From the NCBI GenBank assembly GCA_037129495.1, contig JBAXUW010000002.1, positions 5,498-69,497 of the forward strand: DNA of 64,000 nucleotides. The letters run 5' to 3'. The translations under genes were made by a program, and so were the position numbers. Positions 36,993-46,404 of this stretch are shown piece by piece; within the stretch, counting starts at the first letter, position 1, and each line of letters begins with the position of its first letter. The notes beneath the pieces are model-generated. The model was not told the origin of the DNA. It was given only the letters and a program-made list of their open reading frames with translations, and made no database searches. Source of the stretch: Planctomycetota bacterium. GTDB lineage: Bacteria > Planctomycetota > Planctomycetia > Pirellulales > UBA1268.

Positions 36993-38270
36993 ATGTCCAG
37001 CATGTTTTCCACGCCAGACGGTATGGATCGTCGTCATTTCATGAGCCACCTTGCCGGAGCAGCGGCGCTCGCTGCACCAGCTACGGCGTTCACCAGTTCG
37101 CTGCTGGCCAATGCGACCGATCTCAAGAAGCGGCACAAGGCTGCGATCCTGCTCTGGATGGGAGGTGGCCCCAGCACCATGGATATCTGGGATCTGAAGC
37201 CCGGCGCGCCGACGGGGGGGCAGTTCAAGCAGATCTCGACGAGCGCCGATGGCGTCGCCATCTGCGAACACATGCCGCTCATGGCACAGCAAATGCACCA
37301 CATGTCGATCGTGCGTTCGATGAGCACTCGCGAGGCCGATCACATGCGGGGTCGCTACTACATGCATACTGGCTATGTGCCCAACCCCAACGTAGAGCAC
37401 CCCGGCTACGGATCCGTGATCGCCCACGAACTCGCGGAGCAGGTGCAAAACCTTGAGATTCCACCGTTTGTTTCGGTCGGTAGCGGCAGCATCGGCCCTG
37501 GCTTTCTCGGCATGACATGGGCGCCGTTTGTCGTTGATTCCAATGGCAACGTCCGTAACCTCGACATGGGCATTGATCCGACGCGTATTGACCAGCGGCT
37601 GAAGATGCTGGCCACCATTGAGGATCGGTTCATCGCCGAGAAGCGGGGCGGCTCGGCCGAGGACCACAGAAAGGTGCTCGACAAAACCGTCAAGCTGATG
37701 ACCAGCAAGCAGATGGAGGCCTTTAAGGTGATGAAGGAGCCGAAGGAGTTGCAGGAGAAGTATGGCACGACCGGCTTCGGTCGCGGCTGCCTGCTGGCAC
37801 GGCGGCTCGTCGAGGCAGGCGTGCCTTTCGTGGAGGTCGATCTTGGCGGCTGGGACAATCACGCCGACATCTTCGCGACGTTGGCCGATCGCAAACTCCC
37901 CGAGCTTGACAAGGCAATGAGCGCCTTGGTGTCTGATCTGGCCGATCGGGGCATGCTCGACGACACCGCCATCATCTGGATGGGTGAGTTTAGCCGCACT
38001 CCCAACATCAACGGTGGAGGCGGCCGTGACCACTGGGCCCGGAGTTGGAGCGCGGTAGTCGGTGGTGGCGGATTCAAGCGGGGTTTGGTCGTGGGTGAGA
38101 CGAGTTCTGACGGCAAAGAAGTGGTGACCGAGCCCTACTCATCGCAGGACGTCATGGCCAGCGTGCTGAAGTCGCTCGGCATTTCGCTGGAGACCACCTT
38201 CACCGCCAAGAATGGCCGGCCGATGAAGATCGCCAACTCCGGCAAGGTTATCAAGGAACTTTTCAGCTGA
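36993..38270 (+). CDS. DUF1501 domain-containing protein (sulfatase-fold-like) with Tat-type signal
   Basis: MDRRHFMSHLAGAAALAAPATAF is a twin-Arg-like leader. LWMGGGPSTMDIWDLKP and GGGRDHW are typical of DUF1501. Starts 20 bp after the DUF1549 gene. Confidence 0.85.
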   Translation: MSSMFSTPDGMDRRHFMSHLAGAAALAAPATAFTSSLLANATDLKKRHKAAILLWMGGGPSTMDIWDLKPGAPTGGQFKQISTSADGVAICEHMPLMAQQMHHMSIVRSMSTREADHMRGRYYMHTGYVPNPNVEHPGYGSVIAHELAEQVQNLEIPPFVSVGSGSIGPGFLGMTWAPFVVDSNGNVRNLDMGIDPTRIDQRLKMLATIEDRFIAEKRGGSAEDHRKVLDKTVKLMTSKQMEAFKVMKEPKELQEKYGTTGFGRGCLLARRLVEAGVPFVEVDLGGWDNHADIFATLADRKLPELDKAMSALVSDLADRGMLDDTAIIWMGEFSRTPNINGGGGRDHWARSWSAVVGGGGFKRGLVVGETSSDGKEVVTEPYSSQDVMASVLKSLGISLETTFTAKNGRPMKIANSGKVIKELFS

Positions 38271-38272
38271 CC

Positions 38273-38605
38273 GTGGCGGCACTGACGGCCAGCCTTGTGC
38301 GGATCGTGGCGTTTGCCCAGCCACCGCTCGCCCTTCTGATGGTGTTCTCCGGTGGTCTGCGGGGGGCCGGTGCCATCCGACTGCCGCTGGCGGTTAATTT
38401 CGCGGGGCTGCTGTTGGTCCGGCTCCCGCTGGCGGTGTTTTTGTGAAGCGCCGCGGTCACGCTGCCGGCTGGACTGGGTTCGATTCCGGGCTTTGGCCTC
38501 GCCGCCGTCGGCGCCTGGTATGCCATGGCAGCCGACCTCACCATCCGTGGGCTGGCGATGCTTGTCCTCTTCACGCGACGCAACTGGACCCGAGTTGCGG
38601 TCTGA
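38273..38605 (+). pseudogene. Remnant (last ~110 codons) of a MATE-family efflux transporter with an in-frame TGA
   Basis: My own translation gives VAALTASLVRIVAFAQPPLALLMVFSGGLRGAGAIRLPLAVNFAGLLLVRLPLAVFL*SAAVTLPAGLGSIPGFGLAAVGAWYAMAADLTIRGLAMLVLFTRRNWTRVAV*. This matches the MATE C-terminal pattern (..gaLRGAGDtr.P....w.v.lPla..l...lglG..G.W.a...d...Rg......f..g.W). The in-frame stop is at 38444-38446. No upstream MATE sequence exists, because the DUF1501 stop is at 38270. Confidence 0.6.
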
Positions 38606-38696
38606 TTGCCATGGCCTCCAGCCCTGCTCACGCTACACTCTCCTCCGGAGGCGGACGATCGAGCCGCTCACCACAGTTTTAGCTCGAGGGCCGTCG

Positions 38697-40616
38697 ATGG
38701 CAGCCGCTGATCTGGACGTTGAACACTGGAGCACCGCCGACGCCGCCGATCTCTATGAGGTCGCCCGCTGGGGCAACGGCTACTTTTCCGTCGGCCCGTC
38801 CGGCAACTTGCTGGTGCATCCTGGCAAGGATCCGACCAAGAGCATCGATCTCAAGCAACTCGTCGATCGCTTGCAGGTCCGCGGCATTGATCTACCGATC
38901 CTGCTGCGATTCACCGACATCCTTGAGCACCGGCTGGGGGAGATCAACGGCGTGTTTGCTACGGCGATGCGGGAGAACGGCTATCGCGGCAACTACTGCT
39001 GTGTCTATCCGGTGAAGGTCAACCAGCAACGGCAGGTGGTGGAGGAGGTGCTCAGGTTTGGAAAGCCCTATCGCTTTGGTTTGGAGGCGGGCAGCAAGCC
39101 GGAACTGCTGGCGGTGATCGCGCTTGCTGACAACGATACGCCCATCATCTGCAACGGCTTCAAGGATGCCGAGTTTGTCGAGACGGCAATGCTCGCCCAA
39201 AAGATTGGCCGGCACGTCATTCCCGTGGTGGAGCGGTTTTCGGAACTGCACCTGGTGCTTGAATACGCCGAGAAGCTGGGGGTGCGTCCCCGGATCGGCA
39301 TGCGGGTGAAACTGGCCGCGCGGGGCAGTGGCCGCTGGCAGGCATCCGGCGGCTTCCGGAGTAAGTTTGGCCTCACGGCCAGCGAACTGATAAAGGGGCT
39401 TGAGCTGCTCGCGTCGAAGGGCATGGAAGACTGCCTGCAACTCCTCCATTTTCATCAGGGCAGTCAGATCACCAACATCCGCCACATCAAGGTCGCCCTC
39501 AACGAGGCCTCGCGGATCTACACGGAACTGGTAAAGCGGGGAGCGGGGCTGAAGTATCTCGACGTCGGCGGCGGGCTGGGGGTGGATTACGACGGCTCCC
39601 AGACAAACTTTGAATCGAGCGTCAACTACAGCCTGCAGGAATACGCCAACGACGTGGTCTACCACGTGCAAAATGCCTGCGACGAGGCTGGCGTGCCGCA
39701 CCCAACAATCATTTCCGAGAGCGGACGGGCGGTGGTCGCCTATCACAGCATGCTGATCTTCAGCGTGCTGGGGGTTTCGGAGCAGGGGGGCAACGGTGAA
39801 CTGGTCGAGCCGGCGGCCGACGCCGAACAACCGCTGCACGACCTCATGGAAACCTTCCAAAACATCAACATCCGCAACCTGCTGGAAAGCTACCACGATG
39901 CCCAGCAATCGCTCGACACTGCCATGAACCTGTTTGCCAGTGGCTACCTGCCGCTCGACCAGCGTTCGGCGGTCGAGAACCTCTACTGGGCGATCTGCCG
40001 GAAGATCGCCAAGATGTCGAAGCAGTTAGAGTTTATGCCGGAAGAACTCGAGGGCCTCGAGGCCACCCTTTCCGATACCTACTTCTGTAATTTCTCGCTC
40101 TTTCAGTCGATGCCCGACAGCTGGGCGATCAAGCAACTGTTTCCCGTGATGCCGATCCACCGGCTCGACGAACGGCCCACCCACAACGCTGTGCTCGGCG
40201 ACGTGACCTGTGATTCCGATGGCAAGATCGATCAATTCATCGACCGCCGTGACGTGAAGCGTACGCTTCCGCTCCATGCCTGTCACCACGAGCCCTACTA
40301 TCTCGGCGCATTTTTGATCGGCGCCTATCAGGAGATCCTCGGCGACCTCCACAATCTCTTTGGCGATACCAACGCCGTGCATGTCAGCATGGACGAACGG
40401 GGCGAAGTCGTTGTCGATGCGGTGATCAAGGGGGATACGGTTCGAGAGGTGCTCGACTACGTCGAATTCGACTCAAACCAACTGGTGCAGCGGCTGCGAG
40501 ACTCGATCGAGCAGGCGGTCCGCGAGGGACGGATCTGCGACAGCCAGGCCGGCCGGTTTCTCAAGTTTTACGAGGAGGGGCTGGGCGGCTACACCTACCT
40601 TGAGGAGCCGACGTAG
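38697..40616 (+). CDS. speA: Biosynthetic arginine decarboxylase
   Basis: ATG at 38697. WSTADAADLYEVARWGNGYFSV...IDLPILLRFTDILEHRL..YCCVYPVKVNQQRQVVEEV..LHFHQGSQI..GGGLGVDYDG. Confidence 0.94.
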   Translation: MAAADLDVEHWSTADAADLYEVARWGNGYFSVGPSGNLLVHPGKDPTKSIDLKQLVDRLQVRGIDLPILLRFTDILEHRLGEINGVFATAMRENGYRGNYCCVYPVKVNQQRQVVEEVLRFGKPYRFGLEAGSKPELLAVIALADNDTPIICNGFKDAEFVETAMLAQKIGRHVIPVVERFSELHLVLEYAEKLGVRPRIGMRVKLAARGSGRWQASGGFRSKFGLTASELIKGLELLASKGMEDCLQLLHFHQGSQITNIRHIKVALNEASRIYTELVKRGAGLKYLDVGGGLGVDYDGSQTNFESSVNYSLQEYANDVVYHVQNACDEAGVPHPTIISESGRAVVAYHSMLIFSVLGVSEQGGNGELVEPAADAEQPLHDLMETFQNINIRNLLESYHDAQQSLDTAMNLFASGYLPLDQRSAVENLYWAICRKIAKMSKQLEFMPEELEGLEATLSDTYFCNFSLFQSMPDSWAIKQLFPVMPIHRLDERPTHNAVLGDVTCDSDGKIDQFIDRRDVKRTLPLHACHHEPYYLGAFLIGAYQEILGDLHNLFGDTNAVHVSMDERGEVVVDAVIKGDTVREVLDYVEFDSNQLVQRLRDSIEQAVREGRICDSQAGRFLKFYEEGLGGYTYLEEPT

Positions 40617-40692
40617 GCGGAGCACGAAGAAGCCTGCCCGTGAAGGGGATGCGATCCCTTTCCCTTTTTCTCTCCAGTCCGCCATTCATCCC

Positions 40693-42702
40693 ATGCACCT
40701 GATCCGTGTCGGCGGCATCGCCCTCAATCAGACGCCCCTCGACTGGGACGGCAATCGCGACCGCATTATTGCCGCCATCCAGACGGCGAGAGACTGCGGG
40801 ATCGCCGTGCTCTGCCTGCCGGAGTTGTGCATCACTGGCTACGGCTGCGAGGACGCCTTCCAATCGCCCGGCGTGCAGCGGATGGCGTGGCGGGTGCTCC
40901 TCGCGGAGATTGAGCCACACACGTCCGAACTGATTGTGGCGGTCGGACTACCAGTGCGGTTTGAGAGCTCGGCCTACGACGCCGCGGCGGTGCTGGTGGA
41001 CGGCCGGCTGGCGGGGCTGGTCTGCAAGCAGCACCTGGCCGGCGCAGGCATCCACTACGAGCCGCGCTGGTTTCGACCCTGGCCCAAGGGACGGCGGGCC
41101 CACCTCGCCGTCGATGGCCGAAGTGTGCCGATCGGCGATCTGCGGTTTGACTGTGGCGGCATCCGTATCGGCTTTGAGATCTGTGAAGACGCCTGGGCGG
41201 CTGACCGACCCGGGGCGAGCCTGGCCGCGCGGGGCGTCGATCTGATCCTCAATCCGTCTGCCAGCCACTTCGCCTTCGGGAAGGACGAGATCAGGCGGCG
41301 GTTCGTGCAGGAGGGATCGCGGGCCTTCGGGGCGACCTATATCTACGCCAATCTGCTCGGCAACGAGGCCGGCCGCGCGATCTACGACGGCGGGGTGATC
41401 ATTGCGACGTCTGGAAAAATCGCCGCTGCCGGCCGCCGTTTCTCGTTCGCCGAACAGGCCTGCACCGCGGCGGTAGTGGATGTTGATGCCACCCGGCTGG
41501 GGCAGGCGAGAATGTCGCTGGAGCCAGCGCTGCCGTCGGCCGCTGACGCCGACTGCGTGTCGCTGGCCTTCGCCCCGCCACAGCTAACGCCCGAGGTTGA
41601 GTCGACCGCCGGCGACGCTCGGGACGGCTGGGAGACGGGGCTGCACGTGAAGGAGGAAGAGTTTACCCGCGCAGTCGCGCTGGGTCTCTTCGATTACCAG
41701 CGGAAGAGCCGGTCCCGTGGCTTTGTTGTCTCGGCTAGTGGCGGCGCCGATTCCTCGGCGGTGGCCTGCCTGGTAGCCCTGTCGTTGCGGCTTGCTGCCG
41801 GCGAGATGCCGGTGTCGGCCGTGGCTGCGAGGCTCGGGCTCGCCCTGCCGCCCGGTTTCTCAGACACCGGTGAAGATGCGATCCGACGGCTGATTTACGG
41901 CGTGTTGATCTGCGTCTATCAGTCGACCGCCCACTCTGGCACAGTGACTCGCACCGCTGCTCGCGGCCTCGCTGAATCCCTCGGCGCCGAATTTCACGAG
42001 TTTGACGTGGAGACGATCGTGGCGGGCTACCGCACGCTGGTCGCGGCGGCAGTGGGGCGTCCACTTGACTGGTCGACCGATGACGTCGCCCTGCAGAATA
42101 TTCAGGCCCGGGCTCGGGCACCGGGCGTCTGGATGCTGGCCAACATCCGCGGGGCATTGCTCGTCTCCACGAGTAACCGCTCCGAGGCGGCCGTCGGCTA
42201 TGCGACGATGGACGGCGACACCTCTGGCGGCATCGCCCCGATCGCTGGCATCGATAAGGCCTATCTACGGCAGTGGCTCGAGTGGCTGGAGCACGCGGGC
42301 CCAAGCGGCATCGGCCCGATCGCTGCGCTGGCTGCCGTCAATGTGCAGGCGCCGACGGCGGAGCTGCGGCCGCCGGCCGAGCACCAGACCGACGAGGCCG
42401 ACCTCATGCCCTACGACATTCTCGACGCCGCCGAACGCTGCGCCATCCGCGACAAGCAGACACCGCTGGAGACCTGGCAGCGGCTGCAGGTCGCGTTTCC
42501 CAAGCACACTCCCCGGCAATTAGCCCTCTGGACTGAGCGGTTCTTCACGCTCTGGAGCCGCAACCAGTGGAAGCGGGAACGCTACGCACCGTCGTTTCAA
42601 CTCGACGACGAAAACCTCGACCCGAAGACCTGGTGTCGGTTTCCAATTCTCTCCGGTGGCTTCACCCGCGAACTCGCGGAACTGCGGGCCGCGGCCTATT
42701 AG
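40693..42702 (+). CDS. nadE: Glutamine-dependent NAD+ synthetase (CN-hydrolase + NAD synthase domains)
   Basis: ATG at 40693. N-terminal nitrilase-type domain (LCLPELCITGYGCEDAF..FEICEDAW). C-terminal SASGGADSSAVACL PP-loop. Confidence 0.92.
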   Translation: MHLIRVGGIALNQTPLDWDGNRDRIIAAIQTARDCGIAVLCLPELCITGYGCEDAFQSPGVQRMAWRVLLAEIEPHTSELIVAVGLPVRFESSAYDAAAVLVDGRLAGLVCKQHLAGAGIHYEPRWFRPWPKGRRAHLAVDGRSVPIGDLRFDCGGIRIGFEICEDAWAADRPGASLAARGVDLILNPSASHFAFGKDEIRRRFVQEGSRAFGATYIYANLLGNEAGRAIYDGGVIIATSGKIAAAGRRFSFAEQACTAAVVDVDATRLGQARMSLEPALPSAADADCVSLAFAPPQLTPEVESTAGDARDGWETGLHVKEEEFTRAVALGLFDYQRKSRSRGFVVSASGGADSSAVACLVALSLRLAAGEMPVSAVAARLGLALPPGFSDTGEDAIRRLIYGVLICVYQSTAHSGTVTRTAARGLAESLGAEFHEFDVETIVAGYRTLVAAAVGRPLDWSTDDVALQNIQARARAPGVWMLANIRGALLVSTSNRSEAAVGYATMDGDTSGGIAPIAGIDKAYLRQWLEWLEHAGPSGIGPIAALAAVNVQAPTAELRPPAEHQTDEADLMPYDILDAAERCAIRDKQTPLETWQRLQVAFPKHTPRQLALWTERFFTLWSRNQWKRERYAPSFQLDDENLDPKTWCRFPILSGGFTRELAELRAAAY

Positions 42703-43697
42703 ACAGTCGCCCGTACCACCGCCTCCAGTGGTTCGCCACGGTCGAAGTGCATGAGGTTCGTGACGGTCTGGGCCGCGATGGCGTCGAGCGCGTTCTGCGT
42801 GAAGAAGGCCTGATGGGCTGTGATCACGACGTTCGGAAACGTCAGCAGCCGGCTAAAGACGTCGTCGTGGATGATCGTGCTTGAGTGGTCATCGAAGAAG
42901 AGGTCGGCCTCCTCCTCATAGACGTCGAGCCCCAACTGGCCGAGTTGGCCGTTCTTGAGTGCCCTGATCACGGCGGGAGTGTCGATCAGACCGCCACGGC
43001 TCGTGTTTATCAGCATCGCTCCCCGCTTCATCCGAGCAAGCGCCGGGCCGTCGATGAGATGCCGCGTGGCGGGCGTGAGCGGGCAGTGGAGCGTGACGAT
43101 GTCTGAGGCAGCGAGCAGTTCTTCAAGCGGCATCCAGACCACGCCCCGCGCGGCGAGACCGGGATCGAGCGTCGGGTCAGACGCCAGCACCCGGCAGCCA
43201 AAGCCGAGCAGGATCTCGGCCACCCGCCGGCCGATCCGGCCCATACCGACCACACCGGCGGTTCTCCCGAAGAGGTCGAAGCCGAGCAGTCCATCGAGCG
43301 AAAAGTTGCCGTCACGGACCCGGTTGTAGGCCTTGTGAAGCTTGCGGTCGAGCATCAGCATGAGGCCGATCGTGTGTTCGGCAACGGCATGCGGCGAATA
43401 CTCAGGCACGCGGACCACGGGTAACGAAAGCCGGGCCGCGGTGGCGAGATCGACCTGGTTAAAGCCGGCGCAGCGGAGTGTGATGAGCTTTACATTGAGC
43501 CTGGCGAGCGTCTGGAGTGTGGCGGCATCGAGCTGATCGTTGACGAAGCAGTTGACGGCCACGGCCCCTTCGGCGAGACGGGCGGTCTTGGGATTCAGGT
43601 GCGGCTCGTACCAATGCCATTCGATTGGCAGGCCGGTGGAGGCTGCCGTCAGCGACATGCGGTCGTAGGGCTTGGCGGAAAAGACGGCGACATGCAT
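42699..43697 (-). CDS. ldhA: D-lactate dehydrogenase / D-isomer 2-hydroxyacid dehydrogenase
   Basis: Near-collinear with E. coli LdhA as I recall it: LRCAGFNQVDL..VVRVPEYSPHAVAEHTIGLML..RVRDGNFSLDGLLGFDL.GRTAGVVGMGRIG..NTSRGGLID..ITAHQAFFT. Confidence 0.92.
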   Translation of the reverse strand: MHVAVFSAKPYDRMSLTAASTGLPIEWHWYEPHLNPKTARLAEGAVAVNCFVNDQLDAATLQTLARLNVKLITLRCAGFNQVDLATAARLSLPVVRVPEYSPHAVAEHTIGLMLMLDRKLHKAYNRVRDGNFSLDGLLGFDLFGRTAGVVGMGRIGRRVAEILLGFGCRVLASDPTLDPGLAARGVVWMPLEELLAASDIVTLHCPLTPATRHLIDGPALARMKRGAMLINTSRGGLIDTPAVIRALKNGQLGQLGLDVYEEEADLFFDDHSSTIIHDDVFSRLLTFPNVVITAHQAFFTQNALDAIAAQTVTNLMHFDRGEPLEAVVRATV

Positions 43698-43870
43698 GGG
43701 TTGGCTCCGGGAGCGTCGAGACCAGGGCGTAGTGTGCCCTCGGGGGATAAGTTTTCCAACTTGTCCTCTTCCGCTCCGCTCTGCGTCTCTGGCACTGCCA
43801 CGCCGGAACGGTGGCTTTTCTGGCTGAATATGGGAGAGAAACGCTCTCGCCCGGGAGGCCGGACGGTGCT

Positions 43871-44878
43871 ATGTTTTCCATCCTTCCCCACCCCCAGCCC
43901 GGAGTCTGCGACGTGCGATTCACTCTGCTCCAACTGACCCAGCGGCTGTGTCGTGTCGTGGTGCAGGCCTCCGTGGCGTGGACCCTGGTGGCATGGACTC
44001 TGGTGGCATGCACTCCCGCGGTGGCCCAGCCGCCGGCGCCGCAGCGGGTGGCGGCTGTGCCCGGGCAGCCGGTTCCGCAGCAGCAGCCCGGTGTTCCGAA
44101 GCAGGCGGGCCCGCAGCAACCGGCCCCGCTCTCGCCTGAGCAGCAGGCGGCGCTCGACCGGTTACTCGCCGCCTGGGAGGCCCGCAACGCCGCCGTCACA
44201 ACCTGGTCGTGTACGTTTCACAAATGGGAATACAACGCCTGGAGTCCGGCCGATGGTGGCGGCGAGCGGCTCGCCTTTTCCGAGAGCAGCGGTGAGATCA
44301 AGTATGCCGCGCCCGACAAGGGGCTCTTTCGCGTCAAAGAATCGACGCAGTGGAATCCGGAGACGCGCCGGTATGAGAAGCGAACGGGGGATACGGGCGA
44401 GCACTGGGTTTGTAACGGCACGAGCATCTATGAGTTTCGCCACAGCGAGCGGCAGCTCCGCGAGACGCGGCTCCCACCAGAGATGCAGGGGAAGGCAATC
44501 AGCGACGGCCCACTGCCTTTCGTTTTTGGCGCCAAGGCCGACACGCTCAGGAAGCGGTATTTCATGCGGATCATCACCCCCCCCGGCGTCACTGACCAGA
44601 TCTGGCTAGAGTCTTCGCCGCGGTATCAGGCCGACGCCGCCAACTTCGCCAAGGTGGAATTGATCCTACAGGCCCGCGAGCTCATGCCCTTCGCGATTCA
44701 GGTCTTTAAGCCGGGCGGACAGGATCGCGACGTTTATCAGTTTGATCCGCGGACAAGTCTGATTGATAAAGGACTCGACATGCTCCGCGACTTCTCGAAG
44801 CCCGTGACGCCGCTGGGCTATAAATTTATTCTGGATGATGTGTCGAGCAGCCCGCCGCAGGCCCGGCCGGGCGGCTAG
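43871..44878 (+). CDS. Exported hypothetical protein (Planctomycete-type, possibly LolA-like fold)
   Basis: ORF open from 43811, ATG at 43871. Signal-like VAWTLVAWTLVACTPAVAQ. Gln/Pro-rich linker, then a ~250-aa globular region. I cannot place the family with confidence. Confidence 0.6.
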   Translation: MFSILPHPQPGVCDVRFTLLQLTQRLCRVVVQASVAWTLVAWTLVACTPAVAQPPAPQRVAAVPGQPVPQQQPGVPKQAGPQQPAPLSPEQQAALDRLLAAWEARNAAVTTWSCTFHKWEYNAWSPADGGGERLAFSESSGEIKYAAPDKGLFRVKESTQWNPETRRYEKRTGDTGEHWVCNGTSIYEFRHSERQLRETRLPPEMQGKAISDGPLPFVFGAKADTLRKRYFMRIITPPGVTDQIWLESSPRYQADAANFAKVELILQARELMPFAIQVFKPGGQDRDVYQFDPRTSLIDKGLDMLRDFSKPVTPLGYKFILDDVSSSPPQARPGG

Positions 44879-45016
44879 GAGAAATAGGCACAGGAGAGGC
44901 AGAGGATTGTGTCGGACAGTGCTGCCGGATGCGCTGTTTCGCGTGCCGCCGCCGCAGACCCCCCGCACGGCTGCTATACTGCGGCGGTTCCGCAGCCGTG
45001 CCGTTTCGAGGATCTG

Positions 45017-45505
45017 ATGCCGCTCGTCGACCCCGCCCATCCGTTGTCCCAGCTGCTTCAGCAGGACCACCGCTACAAACTCGACGCCTACCTATTTGTG
45101 CTCGAGGCCCTGCAGTTTGGCCAGGAAAATCTGGGCATGGGTGCCGAGCCGCCAGCCGAAGAGCTTGAGGCTGCGCCGCCAGAGCCAAAGGAAAAACCGG
45201 GCCGCGGCCGGGGCAAGGGGCGGCCCAGCCGCCGCCGCCAGAGAGAGCGGCACGTCAGTGGTCAGGAGCTCTGCGAGGCAGCCCGACAGTATGCCCTGCA
45301 GCAATATGGCTATCTCTCTCCCACGGTGCTGGCCAGTTGGGGCATCAAGCGGACAGACGACTTCGGCGAGATCGTGTTTGGCATGATCGAAATTGGCCAG
45401 ATGCGGAAAACTCGGCGGGATAAGCGGGAAGACTTTCAGGGTGTCTATCAGTTCAGCGATGCTTTTTCCCGTGACCTCGCCTTTGTTGTGCCCGATGCCG
45501 TCTAA
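45017..45505 (+). CDS. Hypothetical protein resembling the Planctomycetes/Verrucomicrobia-restricted Minf_1886-like family
   Basis: DHRYKLDAYLFVLEALQF...RHVSGQELCEAARQYALQQYGYLSPTVLASWGIKRTDDFGEIVFGMIEIGQMRKTRRDKREDFQGVYQF matches my recollection of that family. Start is 44909 or 45017. Confidence 0.55.
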   Translation: MPLVDPAHPLSQLLQQDHRYKLDAYLFVLEALQFGQENLGMGAEPPAEELEAAPPEPKEKPGRGRGKGRPSRRRQRERHVSGQELCEAARQYALQQYGYLSPTVLASWGIKRTDDFGEIVFGMIEIGQMRKTRRDKREDFQGVYQFSDAFSRDLAFVVPDAV

Positions 45506-45611
45506 GCCGTGGGCGATTGGCGGATCAACTGCTTGGCGGTGGTGTCTGATAGCCGCTTTGGTGGAGGGAGTCTGGCTGGCGGTGCTCGTGTGGATGGCCC
45601 TCTTTCGGTAG
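45495..45611 (+). CDS. Possible 38-aa single-TM micropeptide
   Basis: The ATG overlaps the preceding stop. MPSKPWAIGGSTAWRWCLIAALVEGVWLAVLVWMALFR. There is no support other than the ORF and its hydrophobic helix. Confidence 0.2.
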   Translation: MPSKPWAIGGSTAWRWCLIAALVEGVWLAVLVWMALFR

Positions 45612-45666
45612 CCGCGCCGTAATGTGCGTGAACGAAAGTCTGTGAGTTGTGGAAGGTTTCTAGATC

Positions 45667-46404
45667 ATGACCGCAACCTCGCACACGCCAGCTGTTTGGA
45701 TCGCCCTGCTGCCGCTGGGTTGTTATCTGCTGGGAGTTGCCTGGGCTCACCTGCGGCGGCGACCGTTGGCCGTGTCGGGAGCGTTTGACGGCGCGATGCT
45801 GGCTCTTGCCGTCTCGGGCCTGGCGGTGGTGGGGCCACTGGCGCTCCTGATGCCGGTGACGGGAGGTTCACCCTGGACATGGCCTGTGCTGGCATTCCTG
45901 TTTGCCCTGTGCGTCGCCGTCTGCGTGCTCGTCTCGCGGCCGCGAATGGTGGTCTACAACATTACGGTCGACCAGTTTCGGCCGCTGGTGGCCGAGGTGG
46001 TAGCGGCGCTGGATCCCACCGCCCGCTGGGCAGGCGAGAGCGCGGCTCTGCCCGGCCGTGGCTTCCAATTGCATATCGAGGGCAATGGCCCGCTTCGGAC
46101 GGTGAGCGTCGTCAACGTCGGCGAGCGGTCGTCAGCCGAGGGCTGGGGAGAGTTCACGCGGCGGCTCCGGCGGGCGGTGCGGGGCCTGCAGGTCCGCCGC
46201 AGTCCGTGGGGACCACCGTTGGCGTGCCTGGGCTGCGTCCTGATCGCCGCGGCAACCTGGCTGGCGGTCGGTCTGCCCGGTTGGCCGCAGCCGCTGACCG
46301 ACAGCCCGGCGGCGGCCCCCGCTGGCACGCCGTCTGTCACGCCCGATCCACTTTCTACTCCCGGAGAAGCCGATGCCGCGACCCGTCGATCTATCGGTGC
46401 ATGA
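45667..46404 (+). CDS. Hypothetical polytopic membrane protein
   Basis: 245 aa. About 4 hydrophobic helices at the N-terminus and one near the C-terminus. The 3' end overlaps the pckA start by 32 nt. Confidence 0.5.
   Translation: MTATSHTPAVWIALLPLGCYLLGVAWAHLRRRPLAVSGAFDGAMLALAVSGLAVVGPLALLMPVTGGSPWTWPVLAFLFALCVAVCVLVSRPRMVVYNITVDQFRPLVAEVVAALDPTARWAGESAALPGRGFQLHIEGNGPLRTVSVVNVGERSSAEGWGEFTRRLRRAVRGLQVRRSPWGPPLACLGCVLIAAATWLAVGLPGWPQPLTDSPAAAPAGTPSVTPDPLSTPGEADAATRRSIGA

Noticed and set aside
38444-38446. The in-frame TGA in the MATE-like frame as a selenocysteine or recoding site.
   Set aside because: The frame lacks the entire N-terminal ~350 residues of a MATE protein. I see no SECIS-like context, and MATE transporters are not selenoproteins. 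A pseudogene nonsense mutation is the simpler reading.
42699-42702. Convergent 4-nt overlap of the nadE (TAG) and ldhA (TAA) stop codons.
   Set aside because: This is a compact-genome curiosity. It implies the absence of an intergenic terminator but nothing more.
43975-44010. 15-bp direct duplication encoding VAWTLVAWTLVA in the signal region of the 43871 ORF.
   Set aside because: It is a simple in-frame duplication within a hydrophobic leader and is likely neutral.
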